Origin: Candidatus Dojkabacteria bacterium
GTDB lineage: Bacteria > Patescibacteriota > Dojkabacteria > B142 > WJKM01
Assembly (NCBI GenBank): GCA_014729085.1
Contig: WJKM01000004.1
Coordinates: 4,345 to 68,344 of the forward strand
DNA length: 64,000 bases
Direction of reading: 5' to 3'
A program made the position numbers and the translations under genes. Shown here in pieces: positions 17,546-27,900 of this stretch (position 1 is the first letter of the stretch; every line of letters starts with the position of its first letter). The notes under the pieces were generated by a model. The model was given only the letters and a program-made list of their open reading frames with translations. It was not told where the DNA came from and searched no databases.

Positions 17546-20014
17546 TTATAATAATTCAATTTGTGGACTTTTTGGTTGTATTGTGGATTTCTTGTTCTTT
17601 TTTATTGTCGACTTATTGCTTTTTTCAAAACCCTCCAAAATAGCTTTTGCCCGTCTGATTACTTTAGTTGGAACTCCTGCCATTTCAGCTACATGAACGC
17701 CATAACTCTGGTCAACACCTCCTGCTTTGATATCATGTGTAAAAATTATACTATCGCCAGATTCATCTACATCTACGTGTAAATTTTTTACTTTTATAAA
17801 TTTTTTCTCCAAATTAATAAGTTCGTGGTAATGAGTTGCAAAAAGGGTTTTAGCTCCTATATCTTCGTGAATATATTCGACTACAGACCAAGCAATAGCA
17901 ACTCCATCATAGGTACTTGTGCCTCTTCCAACTTCATCAATAATTATTAGCGAATTCTTTGTTGCATTGTTTAAAATATTTGCAGTTTCATTCATTTCTA
18001 TCATGAAGGTCGATTCACCTGCTGCTAAATTATCCGATGCTCCTACTCTGGTAAAAATTCTGTCTACTATACAAATTTTAGCTTCATCACAAGGAACGAA
18101 ACAACCGATCTGAGCCATCAGTATGTTTAAGGCAACTTGCCTGATATAAGTAGACTTACCAGACATATTTGGTCCAGTTAATATTATTAAAGAACCATTC
18201 TCATTTAAGATAATATCGTTAGGAATATATTCGTGTTTTTTTATTAACTCAACAACGGGGTGTCTGCTGTTTTTAATTGAAATATCATTTGTATCTTTGA
18301 TTATTTCGGGTTTAACATAATTCCGCTCTTTAGACAATAATGCAAAATTAGTATATACATCAAGTTCTGCTATTTTATTAGCTGTTTCAATAATTTGATT
18401 TATAAATTCGGAAATTTCTTCAATAATGGTATCGAAAACTTCCTTTTCTAATTCAATTAATTGTTCCTCAGCAGAAATGATTTTCTCTTCATATTTTTTT
18501 AATTCTGGAGTAAAGTAACGTTCAGAATTAACTAAAGTCTGTTTTCTTGTATACCTATCAGGAACCTTATCTATATTTGATTTAGTAATTTCAATATAAT
18601 ATCCGAATACTTTATTAAATTTAATTTTGAGTGAATCTATTCCGGTTTTTTCTTGTTCTTCTTTTTGCAGTTGAAGTAAATAGTCTTCAACGTGAGAAAC
18701 TATATCTCTAAGTTCATCAATTTCATTATTATATCCATCTTTTATAATCCCTCCCTTGTCAAATTTTACAGGGCAATCTTCTTGAATCGATTTATTGATT
18801 AAATTGATTACATGATTATAATTGTCCGGATTTATATTGCTAATCATTTTTTTTAGAATTTCGTTTTGTTTCAAGTTATTAAGTACCTGAAAAATACTTT
18901 TACAAGATTTTAGAGAAATTTCCAAACCTAAAAGGTCTCTGGGATTTATCGAACCCGTTCCAATTTTCGATATAATTCTTTCAATATCTAAAATTTCATT
19001 AAATGTGTCTTTTAACTCATTTGTTAGATCAATTTTGCGGTAAAAAAAATCTACAATATTCAAACGATAATCAATCTCTGAATATTTTATTAAAGGTGCG
19101 ATAATCCATTTATATAATTTGCGTTTACCCATTGAAGTCATACATCTATTGAGAACTTCAAACAAACTTAGTGGGTCACCTTCATCCCTAATATTTTGAA
19201 CTAATTCTAAGTTCCTGACTGTTTCAAAGTCCAAATTCATTAAATTAGTCTTATCTTTTATTTGAACTTTTGTAACATGTTGCAACTTGGTTTTGTGATT
19301 CTCGAGAGCATACCTTAGTAGTACACCTAAAGGGATTATTTCATTATTTGTTTTGCTTATACCAAAACCTTTAAGACTGGTTGTATTAAAATGTTTGAGT
19401 AATATTTCGTAACTTCTTTTCAGATCAAAATCATCGTCCCATATATATTCAACTTTAAAATTATCTAGTTTTAAATCCGTTTTTTCAAACGATTTGGATA
19501 CTAAAATTTCCGCGGGATTATATATAAATAAATTATTTAAAAGACCATTATAATCATTAAAACTTTCAGAAAAAAATTCCCCTGTAGAAAGATCTAAAAG
19601 AGCAAGCAAATATATTTTCTTCTTTTTATTTATGTGAATACAGGAGATAAAGTGGTTTTTTTCTTCTTGAAGGTTTTTTTCATTAGTGTATGTACCCGAT
19701 GTATGAATTTTAATGATGTCTCTTTCTACAATTTCACCCGGTTTTGGTTCAGATAACTGCTCTGCTATTGCAACTTTCTTGCCAGCTTTAATCAACTTGG
19801 GAAGATAGTTGTCCAATGAGTGGAAAGGAATACCTGCCATTGGCCTTCTATTTTCTCCTTTTCCCCTTCCAGTTAGTGTGATACCTAAAATTTTAGATAT
19901 AGTATTTGCATCATCATCAAATGCTTCATAGAAATCACCTAACCTAAACAATAAAATTGCATCTTTGTTTTCTTTCTTAAGCTTATTATATTGCTTCATC
20001 ATAGGCGTTGCCAT
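17546..20014 (-). CDS. mutS: DNA mismatch repair protein MutS
   Basis: TPMMKQY, FRLGDFYE, TGPNMSGKSTYIRQ, DEVGRGTST and FATHYHEL. Confidence 0.97.
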   Translation of the reverse strand: MATPMMKQYNKLKKENKDAILLFRLGDFYEAFDDDANTISKILGITLTGRGKGENRRPMAGIPFHSLDNYLPKLIKAGKKVAIAEQLSEPKPGEIVERDIIKIHTSGTYTNEKNLQEEKNHFISCIHINKKKKIYLLALLDLSTGEFFSESFNDYNGLLNNLFIYNPAEILVSKSFEKTDLKLDNFKVEYIWDDDFDLKRSYEILLKHFNTTSLKGFGISKTNNEIIPLGVLLRYALENHKTKLQHVTKVQIKDKTNLMNLDFETVRNLELVQNIRDEGDPLSLFEVLNRCMTSMGKRKLYKWIIAPLIKYSEIDYRLNIVDFFYRKIDLTNELKDTFNEILDIERIISKIGTGSINPRDLLGLEISLKSCKSIFQVLNNLKQNEILKKMISNINPDNYNHVINLINKSIQEDCPVKFDKGGIIKDGYNNEIDELRDIVSHVEDYLLQLQKEEQEKTGIDSLKIKFNKVFGYYIEITKSNIDKVPDRYTRKQTLVNSERYFTPELKKYEEKIISAEEQLIELEKEVFDTIIEEISEFINQIIETANKIAELDVYTNFALLSKERNYVKPEIIKDTNDISIKNSRHPVVELIKKHEYIPNDIILNENGSLIILTGPNMSGKSTYIRQVALNILMAQIGCFVPCDEAKICIVDRIFTRVGASDNLAAGESTFMIEMNETANILNNATKNSLIIIDEVGRGTSTYDGVAIAWSVVEYIHEDIGAKTLFATHYHELINLEKKFIKVKNLHVDVDESGDSIIFTHDIKAGGVDQSYGVHVAEMAGVPTKVIRRAKAILEGFEKSNKSTIKKNKKSTIQPKSPQIELL

Positions 20015-20123
20015 ATCTTCAAACTTCTGTAGATATAAATATAGTTATTGGAAGTATCTGTATTTTAACAAGAAAGAATAAAATATTTAATTATTTATCT
20101 ATGAATTTGTATGGTATTACAGA

Positions 20124-20594
20124 TTAGAGTTTTATGGGAATTTCAACAGCATCACCTCCTTGTTCAATTTGTAGAATTGCATCACCTTGCAATGTTTCTC
20201 CAATATCAATTTCTTCATCAATAAGTTTAAATTCTCCTGCTGCTGTTTGGGGAACTGGAAAAATATCTTTTGTATATAACACTTCACCATCCTGTATTAT
20301 TTTAGCCTTAACTTCTTCGTCTACATTGATTATTTTACCTTTCACATTCATCCCAACCATGTCGATCTCTTGATTTTCACAAGGATAGTTTATTAGAATT
20401 CTTTGAGACTCAGACAACATATTACATGCTTCCATTGGATCTGCCTCTAACTTGATACTTCCAGTACCAGAATTATTAGTTGATGAATTTTGGGAAGTCT
20501 CAATATTATTATTATTTTTAGTAGCGGTACAGCCTGCTAAAATCAAACATAGTAGGGGAATTAACAATAGTTTTACAGTGTTTTCCTTTCTCAT
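20124..20594 (-). CDS. Putative lipoprotein
   Basis: Lipobox LAGC after a hydrophobic signal; Asn/Ser linker. Confidence 0.75.
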   Translation of the reverse strand: MRKENTVKLLLIPLLCLILAGCTATKNNNNIETSQNSSTNNSGTGSIKLEADPMEACNMLSESQRILINYPCENQEIDMVGMNVKGKIINVDEEVKAKIIQDGEVLYTKDIFPVPQTAAGEFKLIDEEIDIGETLQGDAILQIEQGGDAVEIPIKL

Positions 20595-20835
20595 ATTATT
20601 TCAAAAAATCTAAAATATAATTTACTATAGTAATATACATGAAAATCTGTTTAATTTACAAATATCTTTAACAGTAAAGATCTTTGGGGAAAAATATGTT
20701 TTTATTATCAAATAAATTTATAGTATAATGGACAATGCAAAAAAATTGTTATAATAGAATCTGCATAGAGAAGCTATACTCAAAAAAAATTACTTCTTTA
20801 AAAATTTGGGAAGTTCTGAATAAACTATTTATTTT

Positions 20836-20919
20836 GCCGTTGTGGCGGAACTGGTAGACGCGCTGGTCTTAGGAACCAGTGGGAGCAATCCCGTGGAGGT
20901 TCGATTCCTCTCGACGGCA
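20836..20919 (+). tRNA. tRNA-Leu (TAG), CCA not encoded
   Basis: GCCGTTG/CGACGGC acceptor stem, D-loop TGGTAGAC, anticodon arm CTGGT-CTTAGGA-ACCAG, long variable arm, GGTTCGATTCC. Confidence 0.96.
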
Positions 20920-20940
20920 TTTGGTAAATATATTAGTGTT

Positions 20941-21065
20941 CTTGTTACGGAAATTGGAAATTTTTTAAAAATTTACATTTTTCCGTACAAGCTGCCGAAA
21001 TTCCACATAAGCTTGCTGAAGTGGAATGAAGGCAAATAATTCCGAGCATAGCGAGGATTATATGC
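20941..21065. repeat. Structured intergenic repeat, copy 1 (three hairpins)
   Basis: Closely similar to 55989-56100: TTGTTACGGAAATTGGAAATTTT..TGCCGAAAT..TGAAGGCAAATAATTCCGAGCRTAGCGAGGATTAT. Confidence 0.85.
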
Positions 21066-21159
21066 ATACCAAAAGTAACTAGGAAGGCAGACATAGATCC
21101 CTCTCGTTCATACTTAAACTTCTTTATAGAAAATAATTACAATTATTTTCACTCTGACT

Positions 21160-21630
21160 TCATTTGGATCTCTTAAAATATTCACCTAAATAATACCTAT
21201 ACATTGCTCCTGTTTCTCTAGGAATCTTCTTTTGTTTACTTATAAACTTAAAAGTTGAAAAATGCTCTTTATTGATTTTAATTTTATCGTTTGTATCGAC
21301 TGCTATGAGATATCCAGTAGATAAATCTTGTCTTTGTTCTTCACTTCTAAATTTTCCAACATATTGTCCTAAAAAAATTTTTTTCGATGGGTCAATTCTT
21401 ATACTAATTTCATTTTTTACTATTCTTATGAGAGTCTCATCTATACTTTCTCCCTTATATATTCTTAGACCTGGCAAGGCCCATTTATTCTTGTAAGGAG
21501 CAATCTTTCTTTTTAAGAGCAATACTCCTTTTCCATTAATTTCTAGAATTAAATCAAATGTTGGAATAACCATCCATTTTAATATTTTTTCAAACACATC
21601 CCGGGGGGCATAGCATTTATCTTGTGGCAT
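21160..21630 (-). CDS. NUDIX hydrolase
   Basis: WALPGLRIYKGESIDETLIRIVKNE Nudix box; similar to GDP-mannose hydrolases. Confidence 0.85.
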   Translation of the reverse strand: MPQDKCYAPRDVFEKILKWMVIPTFDLILEINGKGVLLLKRKIAPYKNKWALPGLRIYKGESIDETLIRIVKNEISIRIDPSKKIFLGQYVGKFRSEEQRQDLSTGYLIAVDTNDKIKINKEHFSTFKFISKQKKIPRETGAMYRYYLGEYFKRSK

Positions 21631-21694
21631 AATTTCTTATTTTTTTATTTAGATAATTGATTAAATTATACTTAAATGTATATAATATTTGTAG

Positions 21695-21713
21695 AAGGGG
21701 TTCGCCCCTTTTT
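21695..21713 (+). terminator. GC hairpin with UUCG loop and T-run
   Basis: AAGGGG-TTCG-CCCCTT-TTT. Confidence 0.45.
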
Positions 21714-21786
21714 AAATGCAATTTGAATATGTAGCTATGATAATTATATAATTGCACTCAAAATATTTTACCCATTAATAAACACC

Positions 21787-22491
21787 ATGCAAACAAGTTC
21801 TTCAATCGAAACAGGCATTAACTCTAACCTAATTGAATTAAGTTCCTTTTCAACTCTACTTTCCAAAGTTTACGCTTGGTTAGGAGTTGGTATATTTATC
21901 ACCATGATAACAGCACTTACTTTGTATTATACGGGTATTGCCCAACTGCTCTATCAGACTCCACTAGCAATGCCAGTATTGCTAATATTGCAAATTGGAT
22001 TAGTCATAATACTTTCTATTTTTTCTACAAGATTAAATTCAGTTTTTAGTATTTTCCTCTTTCTGTTTTATTCATTTTCTATGGGAATTACTATGACAGC
22101 AATCTTCTACGCCTTTTCTATTACTTCTGTACTTATAACTTTTTTTGTTGCAAGTACAATGTTTGGTGTAATGGCTGCATATGGATTTTTTACTAAAAAT
22201 GATTTAACACATATTGGTAATATTGCTCTAATGGGTTTGCTGGGTCTTATTATGGCCTCTGTATTAAATATCTTTTTTGCAAATCATACTATTGATTGGC
22301 TATTAACATATGTCGGAATTGCAATCTTTCTTATTTTGATTGCTTCAGATACTCAAAAAATAAAAAAAATGTCTATGTTATCAGAGACAATTAAGGGAAA
22401 TTTGGCAATTGTAGGTGCTCTCACACTATATCTTGATTTTGTTAATATCTTCTTGAGGCTTTTAAAATTACTAGGAAACAGAAGAAGGTAA
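21787..22491 (+). CDS. Bax inhibitor-1 / YccA family membrane protein
   Basis: Seven TM helices; C-terminal GALTLYLDFVNIFLRLL. Confidence 0.92.
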   Translation: MQTSSSIETGINSNLIELSSFSTLLSKVYAWLGVGIFITMITALTLYYTGIAQLLYQTPLAMPVLLILQIGLVIILSIFSTRLNSVFSIFLFLFYSFSMGITMTAIFYAFSITSVLITFFVASTMFGVMAAYGFFTKNDLTHIGNIALMGLLGLIMASVLNIFFANHTIDWLLTYVGIAIFLILIASDTQKIKKMSMLSETIKGNLAIVGALTLYLDFVNIFLRLLKLLGNRRR

Positions 22492-22495
22492 TCTT

Positions 22496-23065
22496 TTAAA
22501 CATACTTTCGATTCTTCAGCTTATCTGGTAAGCATTGTTGTCCTGATTTTTTATTCTTTAAATCATGATCATAAATATAACCTTTACCATATCCAAGATT
22601 TTTCATTAATTTTGTTGGAGCATTGCGCAAGTGTAAAGGTACCGGTAAATTCAATGTCTCTTTTGCATCTTTAGAAGCTTTCTTGTATGCAATATAAGCC
22701 TTGTTACTTTTTGCAGCATTTGAAAGATATATTGCTAATTGAGTAAGAAAAACATTTGACTCCGGCATTCCTACTTTTCTACAGGCTTCAAAAACCGAGT
22801 TTGCAAGGATTAAGGCTTGGGGATCGGCGTTTCCAATATCTTCAGATGCAAATCTGAGCATTCGTCTTGCAATATATAAAGGATCCTCTCCAGCTTCCAA
22901 CATTCTAGCTGTCCAATATACAGCAGCATCTGGATTTGAACTTCTCATGGACTTATGGAGAGCAGAGATAATATTGTAATGTTCTTCTCCGTTCTTGTCA
23001 TATAAAAGAGAAGAGGATTGAAATACCTGCTCTAAAATTTGTTTTGTAATTATAACTTTTCTCAT
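22496..23065 (-). CDS. rarA: RarA/MgsA C-terminal part
   Basis: YDKNGEEHYNIISALHKSMR, ASEDIGNADP and VPLHLRNAPT. Confidence 0.88.
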   Translation of the reverse strand: MRKVIITKQILEQVFQSSSLLYDKNGEEHYNIISALHKSMRSSNPDAAVYWTARMLEAGEDPLYIARRMLRFASEDIGNADPQALILANSVFEACRKVGMPESNVFLTQLAIYLSNAAKSNKAYIAYKKASKDAKETLNLPVPLHLRNAPTKLMKNLGYGKGYIYDHDLKNKKSGQQCLPDKLKNRKYV

Positions 23066-23085
23066 ATTAGAGGTAATTCTAAATT

Positions 23086-23781
23086 TTATGCTTTTCGTAA
23101 AATATTTAGAGAAATCTCCAATGCATTAAGTAATGTTCTTGGATCGCCATTAGATTTTATAATTAAAAATTTTTTTGCTCCTTTTTCGAAATTTAGATTA
23201 ATTTTTTGTTTTTTTTCAAGATAAACTACTGCCCGATTCAATATCTTTTTTAAATCTTGACTAGTATGTCTTTCCAAAGTAAAAATTCTTGATCTGGAAA
23301 GTAGGGGACTAATCACTTCGAAACTAGGATTTTCTGTAGTAGCTCCAATTAAAATAATAGTTCCATTTTCAACAAATGGTAGAAGATAATCCTGCTGTGC
23401 TTTGTTAAATCTATGAATTTCATCGATAAACAAGATTGTCTTTCTTTCTTTATTAAACTGACTAATCTCCTTTGCTTGTTTAATTACAGACTGTAAATCC
23501 TTCTTTCCTGAAGTTACAGCAGATAGCTGGATAAATTTGGACTTTGTATCGTTTGCAATAATCCTAGCTAGGGTAGTTTTTCCAACTCCAGGAGGGCCCC
23601 AGAAAATCATTGAAGGAATCATGTCCTTTTCTATCAATTTACGAATAACTCCATCATCTCCAACAAGCTCTTCTTGACCAATGAATTCATCTAAAGATTC
23701 AGGACGAAGTTTATCTGCGAGCGGTTTATTGACTGAGTTGGATGTATCTCTATTAAAAAGATTCGATTGCATTATCAACAT
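23086..23781 (-). CDS. rarA: RarA/MgsA N-terminal AAA+ part (gene split by a frameshift)
   Basis: PLADKLRP, WGPPGVGKTT, FIDEIHRFNKAQQD and GATTENPSF. Confidence 0.88.
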   Translation of the reverse strand: MLIMQSNLFNRDTSNSVNKPLADKLRPESLDEFIGQEELVGDDGVIRKLIEKDMIPSMIFWGPPGVGKTTLARIIANDTKSKFIQLSAVTSGKKDLQSVIKQAKEISQFNKERKTILFIDEIHRFNKAQQDYLLPFVENGTIILIGATTENPSFEVISPLLSRSRIFTLERHTSQDLKKILNRAVVYLEKKQKINLNFEKGAKKFLIIKSNGDPRTLLNALEISLNILRKA

Positions 23782-23868
23782 TTAAAACAAAATTAGAATT
23801 TCTCGCTATCAGTATTTTAATTATATTATAAAAGAAATTATAAATTTACTTTGTTCTTAAATATGATT

Positions 23869-25875
23869 TTAGTTTTCTATTGGGGAACTCATTGGATTTT
23901 CGACTGGGCGATTCACAACAACTGGTTTATAATGAGGTAATTCATCAACCCAATTTGACTCATATTCTGGATATTGATTGATTAAATCATTATAAAATCC
24001 GGACCAAATAGGTAATGCTGTTGTAGATCCAAAAGCATATGGGTGCATTCTTGCATTATTATTATTACCAACCCAAATACCAATTACAAATTTATCATTA
24101 TAGCCAATAAAATAATTATCTCTATTTGCATCTGTTGTTCCAGTTTTTCCGGCGATTTTGGCTGGTCCGTATTCTCTTAATATTCCATTAAGCATCTTTA
24201 CATAATCGGAATTAAGTTTATTAGATTCATTAATATTGGTTTCTTGTATAAGTTTTCCTTTTGAATCTTCTATGCGAAGGATAGGTCGGAGATCTGCCAT
24301 ATTCCCATTATTAGCAAGAGCCGTATAAGCATGTGTATGTTCAAGTAGATTTGATTCAAAACCACCTAAAGATATAGATAAGCCATATCTGTCTCTATCC
24401 TCAGAAGCGCTTTTATATTCCAGTAACTCTAATAAATCTAAAAAGTTGTTTACCCCTACTTTTTGTATCATTCTGACGAAAGGAGTATTTCGAGACTTTA
24501 TTAAGGCTTCTGCAACAGTCATTTGTCCCATAAAGGAACCGTCACTATTTTTGGGGCTAAAGCCATTTATATAAATGGGGCTGTCATAAATAATACTATA
24601 CGGACTATAGTAATTATTTTCAAACGCCTCATAGACAAGGAATGGCTTAATAGAAGATCCTAAATTTCTTGATGAAAGGGTCACATTTACATGAGGATCG
24701 AATCTACCATCAGGACTTCTTTCTGCCCAATAATCCTTGGATCCAACAAGGACTAAAATTTCGGATGATTTAGGATCAAGCATTACCATAGATGCGTTAT
24801 TCATCCAGTAATGTTTTTTCTTTTCGATTCCTTCTTTCAGTTTTGCTTCAGCTAAATTTTGGAGTTCTAAATCTAAACTTGTGTAAATATGATAACCTCC
24901 ATTGTATAACTCCTCTTCAGAAATATTATATGGTTCATTTTCAAGTATTTCTTTAACATAGAAAACAAAGTGCGGTGCTTTAATGTCTCCAATATCTGGA
25001 TTAAGAGAAACTATTTCTGACTCTGCTTCTAATACTTCTTCATAAGTATAGAATGCAGGATCTTGTTTTCTTATATAAATTAAATTTCTTTTTAACTGCT
25101 TAAAAATATATTTTCTACGAGTTTCTACAATATCCCAAGCTAATTGTTCATTGGAACTAAAAAGTGGGGATGCTTTTCCTGGAGTTTGTATCAGACTTAT
25201 CAAAAAAACAGATTCATTTAATGTTAATTCGTCAATATCTTTATTGAAATAAACTCTGGCTGCGGACTTAATGCCTCTAATTCTGCCTCCAAAACTTGCT
25301 GAATTCAAATATAATTCAAGTATGTATTCTTTTGTATATTCTTTTTCGATAAAGAATGTTACCAGCATTTCTTTAATTTTACGATCGAAAGTTTTCTCAT
25401 TTGAGAGAATTGTGTTTTTAGTGAGTTGCTGTGTTATTGTACTACCTCCAACTTTTTGTTTTCCGCCAGATTTGAAATAAATAAACGCACTTCTTAGAAT
25501 AGCTACATAATCCAACCCTTCATGTTCAAAAAATATTTCATCTTCTGCAGCGATTAAGGCCCAAATTAAACTATTTGGAATATCATCAAATTCAATATAT
25601 TCACGATCTCTATGAGGATCTTTAAATACGTATAATAATTGGCCATTCCTATCATAAATAAGACTATTTTCACCCTTTTCTGTTACTTTATACCTAATTT
25701 CATCTATAGGTGGTATAGATTCCGCATATGTATGTAGCTCATAGAAAACAAAACCTATGATTACAATTATAAAGAAAGACAAACACAAACCAAGAATTAA
25801 TAAGCTTTCTAAATGCTTAGGTATAGTATTATTGTTATCTTTTGCAAAGTATCTTGGAGAAATTACTATTTTCAT
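23869..25875 (-). CDS. Class A penicillin-binding protein (transglycosylase/transpeptidase)
   Basis: AAED..F.H.G, GGSTITQQL, RKIKE; SxxK (SSIK), SxN (SRN) and KTG. Confidence 0.93.
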   Translation of the reverse strand: MKIVISPRYFAKDNNNTIPKHLESLLILGLCLSFFIIVIIGFVFYELHTYAESIPPIDEIRYKVTEKGENSLIYDRNGQLLYVFKDPHRDREYIEFDDIPNSLIWALIAAEDEIFFEHEGLDYVAILRSAFIYFKSGGKQKVGGSTITQQLTKNTILSNEKTFDRKIKEMLVTFFIEKEYTKEYILELYLNSASFGGRIRGIKSAARVYFNKDIDELTLNESVFLISLIQTPGKASPLFSSNEQLAWDIVETRRKYIFKQLKRNLIYIRKQDPAFYTYEEVLEAESEIVSLNPDIGDIKAPHFVFYVKEILENEPYNISEEELYNGGYHIYTSLDLELQNLAEAKLKEGIEKKKHYWMNNASMVMLDPKSSEILVLVGSKDYWAERSPDGRFDPHVNVTLSSRNLGSSIKPFLVYEAFENNYYSPYSIIYDSPIYINGFSPKNSDGSFMGQMTVAEALIKSRNTPFVRMIQKVGVNNFLDLLELLEYKSASEDRDRYGLSISLGGFESNLLEHTHAYTALANNGNMADLRPILRIEDSKGKLIQETNINESNKLNSDYVKMLNGILREYGPAKIAGKTGTTDANRDNYFIGYNDKFVIGIWVGNNNNARMHPYAFGSTTALPIWSGFYNDLINQYPEYESNWVDELPHYKPVVVNRPVENPMSSPIEN

Positions 25876-26026
25876 TATTTCATTAATATATTATAGTAGA
25901 AAAAATACAGAAAATGAACTTTAAGGATTCCAATATCAATAGTTTTTTTGATATAATTTAGGTAGTTTAGCCTCTTTTTCAAAATATAGTTTATTTTACC
26001 AAACATATGACATTAACTCAATAAAT

Positions 26027-26827
26027 ATGAAAGCAGATGAGATTTTCGAAATAATCAATTTTAGTAAGGAAAACATATATTTTCTACTTACTTCCTTACT
26101 TGGATTAGCAATTTTAGTTTACACTGTAATTATCTTCTGGTTAATATCAGACATACAAAAGCGGATTAAACACAAAGTCCTAAGATATACATTTTATGGT
26201 ATTATATTAAGTACAATTCTTTCTGGTATTTTGGGATATATATATTTTAATCCTATAGCTATATTTATAACCTTTGGAATCTTCCTATTTTTAATTATTT
26301 ATCTTATCTTTCGTCCTAAAGAAATAATAGATGTTAATCATAATCAACTTTATAATAAAAACGATGTAATCCTTTTTGAACCCAATCTTGTACATTGCAA
26401 AAAATGTCATTTTTTAAATAAAAAATCATACCGATTCTGTACTAATTGTGGAAGAAATCTGAAATTCCAATGTCAACAATGCAATTATGAAATAGACCCT
26501 ATATGGCATTTCTGTCCAAACTGTCAGGGACGACTCGATCATGTTAAAGTTTATTACTTTTGGCAAAAGCTTATTGCTTTCCCTTCAAATATCTTTTCAG
26601 GATTTTGGACCTTTATCTCTGAAATATTGAAAAAACTTAGAAAGAAGATCAAAATTCAATTTGACTTTGAAACTACTACAATTGCAGTTCAAAAACATAG
26701 AGTTAAAACTTACGAACTTAAATCAGAACCTTCAAATTTGACATTGCAAAAAAGAAAAGAGGATAAACCAAAATCCGATCAAATTAATTTGTCGGATGCC
26801 AAAAACAAGAAAAAAAAGAAGAAGTAA
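26027..26827 (+). CDS. Membrane protein with double zinc-ribbon domain
   Basis: Three TM helices and four CxxC pairs. Confidence 0.8.
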   Translation: MKADEIFEIINFSKENIYFLLTSLLGLAILVYTVIIFWLISDIQKRIKHKVLRYTFYGIILSTILSGILGYIYFNPIAIFITFGIFLFLIIYLIFRPKEIIDVNHNQLYNKNDVILFEPNLVHCKKCHFLNKKSYRFCTNCGRNLKFQCQQCNYEIDPIWHFCPNCQGRLDHVKVYYFWQKLIAFPSNIFSGFWTFISEILKKLRKKIKIQFDFETTTIAVQKHRVKTYELKSEPSNLTLQKRKEDKPKSDQINLSDAKNKKKKKK

Positions 26828-26856
26828 TAAATTTTTAATAAAAACAATGAAGGATA

Positions 26857-27831
26857 TCAGATAAAATTCATTACTATCTGCTCTAAATTCTCCGAATCTG
26901 TCTTAATTAAATCATAACCTCTTCCTTCACCCTCAAACCAAGTAATCTGTCTTTTCGCGTATTGTTTATGGGCATTTTGAACTCTTTGAATACATTCTTT
27001 AATACTTTCATCTTTAATACCAAGAAGCATTTCATAAATTTGTTTATAACCAGTTGACTGCATAGCTTTATTATGAAGATCATATCCCATATCTATAAGC
27101 CCTTCTACCTCCGATACAAAGCCATCCTCGAACATTTGCACTACTCGTTCATTAATTTTTTTCATTAATTGGCTTTTTTGAAATTTTGGATATATAAAAA
27201 GTGAATCTAGATCTATCGAATCCAAAGGATTATTGGTGTTCTTATTTTTTGAATCTGTATTTATCTTTTCAATTAACCTAATTAATCGTCTTGGATTATT
27301 TTTATCAGAGTTATTTAAATTAAAGTAAACAGTTGAATCTTTTTCTCTTAGAATTTTTTGCAAGTCTTGAACCTCCATTTTATTGAGTTTATTACGAAGA
27401 GTAGTATCAATTTCTATATTAGGAAGATTATACTTATTAAGAATTGAATCAATGTAAAGCCCTGTTCCTCCAACTAGAATAGGTATCTTTTTTTGAATAT
27501 TAAAATTCAATATCAATTTTGAACAAACGGAATAATAATCATATAGAGTAAAATTAACATCGGGTTCAACGAAACTAAATAAATGACCCTTCATATCAGA
27601 ATTATCTACATTCATTACTGGTAGAGGCTTATGGTCGATCATTTCTGTTGCTATTCTTGTTAATTTTCCCTTATTTGATCCAATATTTAAATACTTATAC
27701 ACTTGAACAGAGTCCGCATTAATAATTTCGGCTGATATAATTTTTGAAATCATTAAAGCAAGTTCTGTCTTCCCTGAGGCAGTAGGACCTCCAATAACTA
27801 TTATCTTTTGTGTACGATTCTGTGAGTTCAT
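26857..27831 (-). CDS. miaA: tRNA dimethylallyltransferase
   Basis: GPTASGKT, INADSVQVY, VGGTGLY and YAKRQITWF. Confidence 0.95.
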   Translation of the reverse strand: MNSQNRTQKIIVIGGPTASGKTELALMISKIISAEIINADSVQVYKYLNIGSNKGKLTRIATEMIDHKPLPVMNVDNSDMKGHLFSFVEPDVNFTLYDYYSVCSKLILNFNIQKKIPILVGGTGLYIDSILNKYNLPNIEIDTTLRNKLNKMEVQDLQKILREKDSTVYFNLNNSDKNNPRRLIRLIEKINTDSKNKNTNNPLDSIDLDSLFIYPKFQKSQLMKKINERVVQMFEDGFVSEVEGLIDMGYDLHNKAMQSTGYKQIYEMLLGIKDESIKECIQRVQNAHKQYAKRQITWFEGEGRGYDLIKTDSENLEQIVMNFI

Positions 27832-27900
27832 TTTCTATAATATAAAAGATTTATCAATTGAATTATAATGTATTATTAATCAACATAAAAAAAATTCTAT

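Noticed and set aside
20842-21039. 65-aa ORF MAELVDALVLGTSG...
   Set aside because: It is a translation of tRNA-Leu plus the downstream repeat, a typical spurious ORF.
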